64,000 nt of DNA, from the NCBI GenBank assembly GCA_044226015.1, contig JBGAHS010000001.1:576001-640000 (forward strand). The letters are read 5' to 3'. Each line of letters opens with the position of its first letter. Positions within the stretch are counted from its first letter, which is position 1. Both the position numbers and the translations under genes were made by a program. The notes below the pieces were generated by a model. It worked only from the letters and a program-made list of their open reading frames with translations. It made no database searches and was not told the origin of the DNA. This DNA is from Candidatus Obscuribacteraceae bacterium (GTDB lineage Bacteria > Cyanobacteriota > Vampirovibrionia > Obscuribacterales > Obscuribacteraceae). This document shows, in pieces, positions 38,238-47,980 of the stretch.

Positions 38238-39440
38238 ATGGATAGGATTGATTTAGCGCAAGAGTCTTTAAAGGCAAAAAGTAATAGTTTGAATGATGAG
38301 CTTGCTGCTCGTTTTCACGATGATATAGAGGGAGTGATTCCACCAGATCTATTGAAGGATCTGGCGAAGCGAAACCCATCTAATTCCAGCTTTTCAAAAA
38401 CAATAGATGAGATGGACAAAATCAACAAACAAGGTCTCGTGAAACCACGTCTAAGCAGAGATAGCAACGGTGCTAGAGAAGTTTACGATGCTGGCGGTCA
38501 GGAACTTGGGCGCGGTGAATTTGGTGAGAAGGCAAGGTTTGAAGGCGAAGCTAAAACTGGCGACGTAGAAGTTGACAGTGTTTATGATTACACCGGAAAT
38601 GTTCGAAAGTTCTACAAAGAAGTCTTCAACAGAAATTCTATAGATGACAATGGTATGAAGTTTATTTCTCGCGTTAACTACGGAGAAAACTTTCAGAACG
38701 CATATTGGGACGGGGTTTCTATGACCTATGGACGCCCCGGAGAGGAAAGCCCATTCAAAACATTCGCATTGCAAGATGTAACGGGTCATGAAATCGCCCA
38801 TGGTGTCACGCAATATGAGTCGAACCTGGTTTACCGAGGTCAGGCTGGTGCTCTAAATGAGAGTATGTCTGATGTCTTTGGTGAAATGGTTGAACAATGG
38901 GTCAATAAAACACCATCCCGAAAAGCTGATTGGGTAATTGGTAACGGCATTTGGAAAGATGAAATAAATGGCAGAGGTCTGCGTGATATGTTACATCCAG
39001 GCACCGCATATGATGACCCGAAAATTGGGAAAGATAAGCAACCTGCTGATATGGATCACTACGTTGTGACTACCAAGGATAATGGAGGAGTTCATACCAA
39101 CAGCGGAATTCCAAATAGAGCATTTGCTGAATTTGCTAACGCTGTAGGTGGCTACTCTTGGGATGAGCCCGGTCATATCTGGTTTAAAGCCAGAGAGATG
39201 GCAGGAAGCAATCCTAGCTTTGCTCAGTTCGCTTATGCAACCGTTGAAGCTGCTCGTGAACTCGGCTATGAGAATCTGGTACCGAAGCTGGAAAAATCTT
39301 GGGCTGCTGTCGGTGTTGAACCATCGAAATCTGCAAAGGATGAATTGACTCCTGCTGTAGAACCGAAGAAGAGTCCGTTTCCGTTTCCATTCCCGGCGTC
39401 CGTCACAAGCGTCATGATGGACAAGAAACCAGCTGCATAG
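38238..39440 (+). CDS. M4-family zinc metalloprotease, protealysin-like
   Basis: NAYWDG, HEIAH, GALNESMSD, DNGGVHTNSGIPN; short propeptide with VIPPDLL; no signal peptide; GGAGG before ATG 38238. Confidence 0.9.
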   Translation: MDRIDLAQESLKAKSNSLNDELAARFHDDIEGVIPPDLLKDLAKRNPSNSSFSKTIDEMDKINKQGLVKPRLSRDSNGAREVYDAGGQELGRGEFGEKARFEGEAKTGDVEVDSVYDYTGNVRKFYKEVFNRNSIDDNGMKFISRVNYGENFQNAYWDGVSMTYGRPGEESPFKTFALQDVTGHEIAHGVTQYESNLVYRGQAGALNESMSDVFGEMVEQWVNKTPSRKADWVIGNGIWKDEINGRGLRDMLHPGTAYDDPKIGKDKQPADMDHYVVTTKDNGGVHTNSGIPNRAFAEFANAVGGYSWDEPGHIWFKAREMAGSNPSFAQFAYATVEAARELGYENLVPKLEKSWAAVGVEPSKSAKDELTPAVEPKKSPFPFPFPASVTSVMMDKKPAA

Positions 39441-39457
39441 CTTCTGCTCGCACCTCA

Positions 39458-39812
39458 TCATCGTCCACTCTGCGACTCTGGTATCGCAGAGTGGTCCGTT
39501 GCAGATTGAGAATTTTGCAAGCTTTGCGTATGCTCTTCCAGCTCCTTGCGGAAAGCTTCGCTTGCATACTTGCTCCCGCGATCAGAATGCACCATGATTT
39601 GATTTGAGAACTCGTAAGATCCTGGGCGAACCATACGTTTCACGCGACTGCTTATGCGCTTTCGTAATTTCGCTCAGGAGTTCTTTTTGTCGGCGTTCTC
39701 GTTTGCTGACCACGCGACCGTCCCAATCGTAATATCCGGATCGAGATACTTCTAGCACGGCACATGTGTTTCCCATACCAAATCTGAGCAACAAAAAGCC
39801 CCTAGCCCTCAA
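39458..39812 (-). mobile_element. IS3-family transposase (OrfB) relic, internally deleted and frameshifted
   Basis: CAVLEVSRSGYYDW...SRETYGSPRI abuts, in another frame, IMVHSDRGSKYASEAF (integrase core); the intervening part and the ends are missing. Confidence 0.8.
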
Positions 39813-40144
39813 GTGAAGCGAAGCTTCAGAAAGAACACTCCGGGAAAACTCTCACTCGTCTGGTTGGATTTCAGTACCCTCGTTAATTCAAAATACCCGC
39901 ATTTTTATGACAATTGTCGATATTAAATCACTGAATAGCCCTATTGACACCAAAACCCTGCTCCAGGGTTGGGTTTTCGGAACATAAAATCTGAACGGAT
40001 ATTTTGGTCTGTGCAAACTAGTCTCTCGCTTCTACTTAATTACACATCGCTGCGTGTCAATGATAACGTTCCAGCTGCACAAGTTCCCATAATTTCGAGA
40101 TAAACGTCGGAATCCAGTTGGAGTTTGTATAGAGACAGTCGCTG

Positions 40145-42742
40145 GTGAACTGGATGATTTCAGAAATGGCTATCAATGAACTTGCTGAAAAAGTTAGTGT
40201 TGAATCAAGCACTTCAGATACAAGGGCTAAGCTCAGTGAGAGTGCTTTTGATTTCGCGGTTCGTGACTCAGTGCAAAAATCCGAGCCTGCGGATAAGCAG
40301 AACACTTTTGACAACCCGTACTTTCACATCTCCCTGGCCACAAGCGCTATGCGCGAAATGCAGATATTAGCTGGGCGAAACCCCGAAGACAAAATAACTG
40401 TGCTTGATTCTGCAGGTAAGTCTACTGAGCAGGCTGTTCGTGAGCGAAGGGACGCCCTTAACTCGATAGCGGAGAAGGAATTTGCGTCTGCGGTAAGAGC
40501 CGCTGATATGGTTGCCAAAAACGAGGTTGAAAAATCGCTTGCAGTAATTGGCTTGAGATTGAAAGAAAGTGCTGATGAAGCTGAAAAGACTAAGTTAAAT
40601 GAACAGTACAGCGCATTATCAGCGTTGCGCCATGCACCAAGTGCGAGTCGCTTTGCGTTTGCTATGTATTTTGCTTCAAATTCTCAGTTGGATAAGGCTG
40701 CGGTTCTCATGGACGAAGCAGCTACTCTAGATCCAGAGGCTGCAAAAGATGCGCAGTTCAATTTTTTTCGTAAACAAGTCAGCGATGCTCTCTTGATGCA
40801 TCAGACTAAGCTGGTCGATAGCTCAGAATATATGTTACCTCTGTTGAATCTGCGAATTGCAAATGAGTTTCGTCAAAACGGTGACCTGGCGTCTGCCGAA
40901 AAATATTTGATTGATTCTATCAGTCGGGCTGATAAGTTGGACAAGCAGGTGATTGCTACTCAACTAAAGTCGCTTGATGAACTTTTGACAGACAATAAGC
41001 AGAATGCGGATGCACTGCAATCATACGGAGAACAAAAAGTCGCCTGGATGGCAGTTGCAAATTCGCCTGCTATTGCTCGAATGAACTACGCTGATCTTCT
41101 GCTTCAAGAAAAACGCTACAAAGATGCTGAATTGCAGCTAAACGAAGTTAAGACTCGTTTCCCCGAATTCGTGAAAGGGCAAAAACAATTTACGGATATG
41201 CTCGAACTTGCCAGGTCTGAGGGGAAATCTGCACCTGATACAAATCCATTCGCTCATTTGGAAGGGTTTCAAAAGGCACTAGAAAAAGGCGACATTGCTG
41301 CTGCTAGAAACGAATTGCTTGCAGCAAAAAAGGCAGCAGACTCTATCGACCGAGAATTGATGCAACACAACAAAAAGGTGATTCAGGATCAATTAGCACG
41401 TGAGACAAATTCTGAGAAAATTTCCCAGCTCAAACAAGTCTGGCAAATCTACGATGCTTTTGATCATGCTGCCGCATTCGCGCGTGTAACTCTGGGTAAA
41501 TTTGAGCTGGCGGCGAAAAACTACAATCTGGCAAGTGACAATCTAAAACAAGCTCGTAGCCTCGACCCTTCTTTCACAGCCAGACCAGAAATTGGCTTTG
41601 ACAAATTGCTTGAGTCTTCTAATGAACCATCGCTTTTTTCAAAAGTTTTGGATTTCACGAAGAACATGTTGAAGGAGTTAATGGCTGACGCCGCTGCGGT
41701 GGCTGCAGGTGCAGGGGCTGTTGTTCTCACTGGCTGGTCGGGACCAGCTGCAGTTGCCGCTGGTGCGGTTTCTGGGGCAGCTGTCTACACAGCAGTAAAG
41801 GCTTTGATGGGAGACGAGATTCACTGGTACACACCACTCTGGGGAGCTGTAGATGGCGCAAGTGGTGGATTGGGAATGCTAGCACGGCAGACCCTGGTGA
41901 ATGTTGGTGGAAAAATAGTAAGCCAGGAAGTCGCGCAGGCTGCTGTGCTTCGCACAGGAGGCTCCCTTTCGAGTCTTGTCGGGTTAGAGGGCGTTCAAAT
42001 GGCTGATGCGGCTAAAGAGCTGGCTTCTTCTGGTTTGAAGGCTATGGGTAAAGATATCGGATTTTGGTCCAGAATAGCTAGCTCTGTACCTTTTGTAGGC
42101 GCTGGAAATGCTGAATACAGGGCTGCGCTCTCAGCCTATCGTGCTTTGACGGTTACTGATGCTGCAGTTCACGCCGGAATTAATCTAGGCACAGCCGCTG
42201 CTATGTCAGCAAGCTATAGGGCTGCTCGCGAAGGTTACAGCTGGTATTCTGGTGAGCATGCTAACTTTGCTGAGTTCGCGAAAGCCTACGGAACAGCTGT
42301 TTTGCGAGATAGTGTTAGCGGAATGGTAATGGGTGGATTCTCAGATGGATACACTGATGGACTAGTTTTTACTGTCACCACTAATGGTGTCAAAGCTGCA
42401 TTCTCTAGTCCAGCAAATTCTATGGAATTTTTCAATAAATGGGCTACTGGCAGTTCGCAGGACCTTGCTTTTGGTACAGTGTCCTACTTGCTTGGCATGG
42501 GAGCACATGCGGGCGGTCGATGGATTAATCCAACTATTCCGGGTAACTTTCGCAATATATACAGCCCCAGTGTTCCCCTCTGGTCTCAAGCTTATTACAC
42601 CAGAGATTACATTCAAAGCACAGTGACACCGCTTGTAAATGAGATGCAACGCGTTCCAACAGTGCAGGAACTTGTTGGACGATATAAGACCTACCCAGGT
42701 CCTTATTTCTCATTTCCAACTGCAGCAGTACCAGTCGCTTAG
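40145..42742 (+). CDS. Large hypothetical protein: three helical (TPR-like) repeats plus a Gly/Ala-rich hydrophobic C-terminal half
   Basis: 865-aa ORF; repeated NPxxH / AxxAADxxD / ARxxxA / AxxLDP units; AAAVAAGAGAVVLTGWSGPAAVAAGAVSGAAVY. Start may be ATG 40166. Confidence 0.8.
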   Translation: MNWMISEMAINELAEKVSVESSTSDTRAKLSESAFDFAVRDSVQKSEPADKQNTFDNPYFHISLATSAMREMQILAGRNPEDKITVLDSAGKSTEQAVRERRDALNSIAEKEFASAVRAADMVAKNEVEKSLAVIGLRLKESADEAEKTKLNEQYSALSALRHAPSASRFAFAMYFASNSQLDKAAVLMDEAATLDPEAAKDAQFNFFRKQVSDALLMHQTKLVDSSEYMLPLLNLRIANEFRQNGDLASAEKYLIDSISRADKLDKQVIATQLKSLDELLTDNKQNADALQSYGEQKVAWMAVANSPAIARMNYADLLLQEKRYKDAELQLNEVKTRFPEFVKGQKQFTDMLELARSEGKSAPDTNPFAHLEGFQKALEKGDIAAARNELLAAKKAADSIDRELMQHNKKVIQDQLARETNSEKISQLKQVWQIYDAFDHAAAFARVTLGKFELAAKNYNLASDNLKQARSLDPSFTARPEIGFDKLLESSNEPSLFSKVLDFTKNMLKELMADAAAVAAGAGAVVLTGWSGPAAVAAGAVSGAAVYTAVKALMGDEIHWYTPLWGAVDGASGGLGMLARQTLVNVGGKIVSQEVAQAAVLRTGGSLSSLVGLEGVQMADAAKELASSGLKAMGKDIGFWSRIASSVPFVGAGNAEYRAALSAYRALTVTDAAVHAGINLGTAAAMSASYRAAREGYSWYSGEHANFAEFAKAYGTAVLRDSVSGMVMGGFSDGYTDGLVFTVTTNGVKAAFSSPANSMEFFNKWATGSSQDLAFGTVSYLLGMGAHAGGRWINPTIPGNFRNIYSPSVPLWSQAYYTRDYIQSTVTPLVNEMQRVPTVQELVGRYKTYPGPYFSFPTAAVPVA

Positions 42743-42834
42743 CTAAATGCCGGCGGCAATAGTAAAAGACAGCTGACCGCGAGGCAGAGTGTCTTTAGCT
42801 GTTAACTAGATTCGTTCAATTCAAAATTGCTAGC

Positions 42835-43476
42835 TTACTTCCAATTGATTGTTTTCATCGCGCGATCTGAGGCACCAATATACTTGCCGAATTTGTCTTT
42901 TGGCGCCTGGAAGAATAGTTCTTGCACTGCTGTACCAGTTCCGTCGGCATCGAGGAAAACGTGTTTTGCATCGTTTTGATTTGCGTTGTAACGTCCTTCA
43001 ACCACGAGCACCATTTTTCCGTTTAGTTCTTCGGTGTGAGCACCTTTAAGTGTGAAATCGGCAGACTTTGCTTTGTCTCTTACAATCTCTTGCAAGGATG
43101 CGTACTCTGCTCCGCTCAGCTGATGTGGTTCTTGATCGAGAGTGTTCTTAAACAATTCGCCAGCACTCTCTGAGGTGCGTCTGCCTCTGTAATAGAATCC
43201 TAACTGGCAATCTTCCTGCCCTGGTGGGTGAAACTCCTGATAAGTGCCAGAATGCAATCGCTTGCTGTAATCTGGACCAGCTTGCCACCCGCCGGGCATT
43301 TCCATGTGTTTTATTTGTCCATGCTCATTCAGTTCTTCTGTAGGAGGCTTTATACCGGACATCATTACTGACCTCATTACTGCATCAAGCAAAATTTGAT
43401 TTGTTGTCTCTTCCGCTTCGTTTGTCTGGTTGTTCTGCGGGTGATCTAGCTCTGCTCTGCTAAATTCATTTGCCAT
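42835..43476 (-). CDS. Hypothetical protein, paralogue of 46460-47095 (PsbP/DcrB-like fold suspected)
   Basis: MPGGW, EFH, YYRG, VRDKAK, LNGKMVLVVEG, VQELFFQAP; GGAG before ATG 43476. Confidence 0.75.
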   Translation of the reverse strand: MANEFSRAELDHPQNNQTNEAEETTNQILLDAVMRSVMMSGIKPPTEELNEHGQIKHMEMPGGWQAGPDYSKRLHSGTYQEFHPPGQEDCQLGFYYRGRRTSESAGELFKNTLDQEPHQLSGAEYASLQEIVRDKAKSADFTLKGAHTEELNGKMVLVVEGRYNANQNDAKHVFLDADGTGTAVQELFFQAPKDKFGKYIGASDRAMKTINWK

Positions 43477-43516
43477 TGTTGTATTCTCCAACTTTATTGA
43501 TGCTAACTACGGAAAA

Positions 43517-46315
43517 TTAAGGGGTTGGTACCGGTGCTGGTGGCGTGGCCGGTGTCGGCGCCAATTTAGCAAGTACTGCATTTCGCCTGTCTTCTGGAAG
43601 GCTGAGAACCATGACATAGAGGCGTGCAGCGTAAGCTGCTGATTCTGCTGCGGTGTGGGTCTGGCTCGTAAAGTCTTGAGTCGTTTTCACAAGCAGTTCG
43701 TCGTATTTAGCATCTGTTATCATGCCAACTTTCGTTTCCATGGCCAGCATGTCTAGCATTTTTGTAGGGTTGTTTATGTTGTCGTGAATGAAATCCTTGA
43801 ATGGTTGCTGCCAGGCTGTATCAAAACCATCAGAAAGTGTTTTAACTCTGTTCATGAAAGCTTCTGCTTGTGCTGTCGTATGGCTTTGTGTTGTGTCTGT
43901 GAAGTAAGCCATGGTTTCCTCGGCGATAAAATTCACATACTCTTTTTGATCGATCATTCCGATATCTTTCATGTCTTTGTAAGCTTCAATTCGTTGATCA
44001 TGAGGCATCACAGCAACCATATCGTTCAGCTTGGTTCTGGCGTTGTTGTATTCATTTTGATCAAATGTGCCATCTGCCTTTTGCTGCTCCCAACGAGTGT
44101 GAGCAGAATCAAGAGTTTTCTTCAACTCAGTTTGGTACTCTGCATCGCCCATTCCATCATATTTATGCTTTAGGCGAAGTAGCTCCAACTCTTTTTGCGT
44201 ATCAACGGTGTTGTGAGCTCTATCCCAATCAACAACTTTTTGCAGTTCGAGAACTGTTGAATTCTCTACCTTGTCAGCCTGCCATGGCTTGTACCATGGG
44301 GCTTCTTCTGTCACCTCTGTGCGCGCCGGATTGCGAGACGCTCGATATAGGTCGCTGATATGGACGCCTTTATCGCTGAGGTGGTCAGCGCTAGAGCCCC
44401 ATTGATTATCGATTTTTACGCGACCTGTCGATTCATCATAGTCAGTGATTGTGACTACGTGTCCACCGCCAGAGCCACCTGCAGAGCCGTTGCCAGAATC
44501 ATGCAAGAACGGCTCTTGTCCTGTATGAACTCCAAGAACAATTGGCAATTTATGGTCAGCTTTAGCTTGTTTGATGTAGTCTTCCATTTCCTTCTGCGTT
44601 TCGAAGGTTTTGACTCCGGTCTTATCACCGTAGACCTCGCGCGAATGTTCGATCATGATCGTGTCAGAAGTGTTTGTGATCATATTGGGCACATCGACCA
44701 TAGCTCTGTCCGCAAGTTCTGGCGACTCGATTGGCTTGTTATTTTTCCAGTCACGAATGTGAGTCGGAGGGGTGGTGGAATTGTCCCATAGCTCTTCAGA
44801 GCTAGCCACTGGAGGAATAGTCCCCGGCTGTTCTACCGATTGTTTATATTCCAGTTGTCCAGCCGGAACTGTTCTCTTATTTCCTGCTGCATCTGTGTAT
44901 GTAAACGGTTGGGTTTGGTAATACAGATTCACCGCTGTGACCTGAAATATTTGGCTTGCATGGCTTCTATCACCATCATTTGGCGGGTTGCCTTTCGCTT
45001 CACCATCTGCTGCTGTCGGGTCAATTTTCACATGTACGCCACCGGGGGTGGTGTATTCTCCTGTGGTGGCCACATCAGTAACCAGCTTCATCGCATCGGA
45101 AGGATGTTTTGTGTATACCTGTACTTCTGAGGTCGTCATGTTGCAGGTCTCATGTTGACCCTGGTCTATTGAACTCGGGTTGGCCACTTGAGACATAGCT
45201 TGCTCAGCAATTGCGATTCGGTCTGCCTGCTTTAGTGGCGTGTCACCGCTTGCATTGAGCAAACGCTCTGCTTCTTTGTATGTCTTTATGATTTCCTCAG
45301 GGCTAAGAGGTGGGTCTTGTTTCTTTGCACGCTCTTCAAAGCGCAGCATGTCTGCCTCGAACTTAGCACGTTTTTCAGGGTCGTCTATTTTTGCAGCTGC
45401 TACTTCCATTAGCTTTTGGCGCTCTTCACCTACTTCAGGCGTGGCTGGAGGAACCTCTCTGGCAGGGGCGTCAGCGGAGTCCTTTAGCTTTATTTTTCCA
45501 TCTACTGTCTTGATCAACTCGAAGTCGTCACCGGGCCGAGGACCCCAATGTTGTTCGTCCGATCCACCTTTTCCATCAGGTGATGAAGCCCAGCCTCTGT
45601 TGTTCGGCTCTTCAATGATTACTGTACCGTCTGTGTAGGTAGTAGTCTTGACGTGGTCTTTGCTTTCAATGACCATGCCACCAATACCATCATGTCCTGG
45701 CAAAGCCAGCTCTTTGCCTGCAAGGTCTCCAGGATTTTTCGGGTCGAGCTTGTTAACTATGGCTATTTCTTTTTCGTATTCAGCAATCTGCTTTTGCGTT
45801 GCGCCTGCTGGCAGATTGTCTCGTGCGATGGAAGCAAGTGTATCGCCAGCTTGTGCAGTGTAGTTCTGGTAAGGATTTTCTACTTCGATGCCTTTGCCTG
45901 CATAGGGAGGTGCTTTCACCGTGATGTTTTCGGGATCCATCACAATTACATCGGCTCTTGGTTTGGCTTTGTCGCCCTTCGCTTCGGTCGACTCGCTTGC
46001 AGCTGTGCTGCTCTCCGCTTTCTGCGACTCGCCGGCGGCTTTAACTGATTCTGCGCTTTCGCCTTTAAATACCTTGGTAAATTCGTCCGCAACTTTTTTA
46101 CCGATGTTCTCCAGTTCTGTGAGAATTGGTTTTCCGAAACTTTCAGAAATGCCACTTCTGCCGCCGCCCTTCAAATATTCGGTCTGCTCTTTTTGTTTTT
46201 CGATAAGATCTGATTTGCCTGCACTGGCTTCTTTGTTGGCTTCAGAATCTTTGACTTTGCCTGAGCTTTGAGATTCTGCTGTTTCAATCTTGTTTTCTGG
46301 TTCACCAGGAGCCAT
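43517..46315 (-). CDS. LysM-containing putative papain-like cysteine protease with C-terminal helical repeats
   Basis: LysM YTAQAGDTLASIAR...LALPG; IDQGQHETC, GGGHVVTITDYD, IDNQWG. Confidence 0.75.
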   Translation of the reverse strand: MAPGEPENKIETAESQSSGKVKDSEANKEASAGKSDLIEKQKEQTEYLKGGGRSGISESFGKPILTELENIGKKVADEFTKVFKGESAESVKAAGESQKAESSTAASESTEAKGDKAKPRADVIVMDPENITVKAPPYAGKGIEVENPYQNYTAQAGDTLASIARDNLPAGATQKQIAEYEKEIAIVNKLDPKNPGDLAGKELALPGHDGIGGMVIESKDHVKTTTYTDGTVIIEEPNNRGWASSPDGKGGSDEQHWGPRPGDDFELIKTVDGKIKLKDSADAPAREVPPATPEVGEERQKLMEVAAAKIDDPEKRAKFEADMLRFEERAKKQDPPLSPEEIIKTYKEAERLLNASGDTPLKQADRIAIAEQAMSQVANPSSIDQGQHETCNMTTSEVQVYTKHPSDAMKLVTDVATTGEYTTPGGVHVKIDPTAADGEAKGNPPNDGDRSHASQIFQVTAVNLYYQTQPFTYTDAAGNKRTVPAGQLEYKQSVEQPGTIPPVASSEELWDNSTTPPTHIRDWKNNKPIESPELADRAMVDVPNMITNTSDTIMIEHSREVYGDKTGVKTFETQKEMEDYIKQAKADHKLPIVLGVHTGQEPFLHDSGNGSAGGSGGGHVVTITDYDESTGRVKIDNQWGSSADHLSDKGVHISDLYRASRNPARTEVTEEAPWYKPWQADKVENSTVLELQKVVDWDRAHNTVDTQKELELLRLKHKYDGMGDAEYQTELKKTLDSAHTRWEQQKADGTFDQNEYNNARTKLNDMVAVMPHDQRIEAYKDMKDIGMIDQKEYVNFIAEETMAYFTDTTQSHTTAQAEAFMNRVKTLSDGFDTAWQQPFKDFIHDNINNPTKMLDMLAMETKVGMITDAKYDELLVKTTQDFTSQTHTAAESAAYAARLYVMVLSLPEDRRNAVLAKLAPTPATPPAPVPTP

Positions 46316-46459
46316 TCGCTATAACCTCATTATTTTGAAGAACGACCGCCGTCCTATAGATCGCTTATACGTCTGCGATCCCAAAATTAGGACTATTCTT
46401 TCTATGGATACCGAATAGCTGAGATTATATAGGGTTTCGGGGGCTGAAGCCTTAAATCG

Positions 46460-47095
46460 TCACTTCCAAGTGATTTTTTTGAACGCCTCTTCCACTTCGT
46501 TGAGATAGAGAGGATAAGAAGCCGTTGGCGCCTGATAGAAAAGTTCTTGCACAACTTCGCCTGAGCCTTCGGCATCAATAAATATAGCGTGCGCTGACTG
46601 CTTGATTTCTCGATAAGTACCTTCGACTAGCAAGACTGTTTTACCGTTCAAGTTAATGGTTTCGCTTTTCTTCAGCTCGAAGTCTTTGTCTTTCGCTTTG
46701 TCTCTAACGACTTCACCAAGTTGAAGAAACTCCTCCTGGCTTAATTTGTGAGGAGCCGCTTTCACTAAACTTTTGAAAGTCTTTCCTGCAGACGGCGAGA
46801 TTCTGTGTCCACGGAAATAAGTGCACACCTTAGCTTCTGGCGTCTTCTCATTATGGAACTCAACGAAATTTGCAGTAGCAGGAAGCGTATGTTTTTCAGG
46901 GCTCTGCACCCAGCCTGCAGGCATGTCTAGTCTCACAATCTGCCCCTGGTTAAGCATTGAGATTTTATCCTTCTGAGTGCCTGTCTTCTTTATTTGCTGC
47001 ATCAACTTATCAAGCTTTTCGTTGCTTTCCGATTTCATTTTACGAATTTCCGCTGGCTTGTTGTGTTCGACTGGTGGCACATCATTCGCACCCAT
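46460..47095 (-). CDS. Hypothetical protein, paralogue of 42835-43476
   Basis: MPAGW, EFH, YFRG, VRDKAK, LNGKTVLLVEG, VQELFYQAP; AGAGGA before ATG 47095. Confidence 0.75.
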   Translation of the reverse strand: MGANDVPPVEHNKPAEIRKMKSESNEKLDKLMQQIKKTGTQKDKISMLNQGQIVRLDMPAGWVQSPEKHTLPATANFVEFHNEKTPEAKVCTYFRGHRISPSAGKTFKSLVKAAPHKLSQEEFLQLGEVVRDKAKDKDFELKKSETINLNGKTVLLVEGTYREIKQSAHAIFIDAEGSGEVVQELFYQAPTASYPLYLNEVEEAFKKITWK

Positions 47096-47306
47096 TGTTG
47101 AAGTCCTCTTTGTTTTGAAACTTGATAATAGCATGGACAGTAAAGGCTTCGATTTTAGTCGAAGTGGATTATGCGCTGCTTTCGCTTGCCCTGACTGGCT
47201 ATTGGAACTTGTTCACACTCCGTTCACCCAGTTTTTGTAACGTAGCAGGCGTCGGTGTATGGAAAAGCAATTTGTTTTGTTGACTTGTTAGTCTTGAAGA
47301 AAACTT

Positions 47307-47693
47307 ATGGAAAATGAGTTCAATCACCGGGCCAGAGTCTCAGGCATTCAAAGTAAGAATAGCGAAGTGAAGTCTGTGGCAAATCATATTGTGGAACTTG
47401 AAAGCATGATTGCTGAGTTAGAGCATTTGAGAATCGTGCAGGCTGATTTCAATTCTCTGGAAGTAGTTCTTGCAAAAACTAAGGTTCGGGAAACACTGCT
47501 GCGTACTTACGGAGCCGATTCTCCAGAGTACCTAGACAATCTCGGAGCTGAAATCTTCTCTCGTGAGTTCAGTCGTGTTGGGCTGACTCGAGAAGACGTG
47601 CAAGAAGCTTTTCTTGCTGCCTTGCCAGAAGCAATCGAAAAATATCGTAAGTTAATTAGACGCTGGAAAGCATCCGAAGGTCCTCTTAGCTGA
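47307..47693 (+). CDS. Hypothetical helical protein (128 aa)
   Basis: ATG-started ORF with a natural amphipathic composition; no firm family assignment. Confidence 0.55.
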   Translation: MENEFNHRARVSGIQSKNSEVKSVANHIVELESMIAELEHLRIVQADFNSLEVVLAKTKVRETLLRTYGADSPEYLDNLGAEIFSREFSRVGLTREDVQEAFLAALPEAIEKYRKLIRRWKASEGPLS

Positions 47694-47980
47694 GCATCAT
47701 TGGCGGTGCTTGCCCAGGACGTAGCCCGAGCGGGCACTCTGCCTGACTTGTAATGACCTGTTTTCATAACATCAAGTTATCTATAGTCAGTCATTCGACT
47801 AAATGGTTTATGTGTCGTCTCATATTGGGATCTTGTTCCTTCCATGGACTTTAGTCTGGAGCAAGACTTTAGTATGAAATCAGGTGCACTGCTGTGCCTT
47901 ATATCATCTATTTTGTCTGGGTTGGGAACCAATTACTCAGTCCTGAATCGTAACTCTATGTCTAGAGAGGAATAAGGGTT

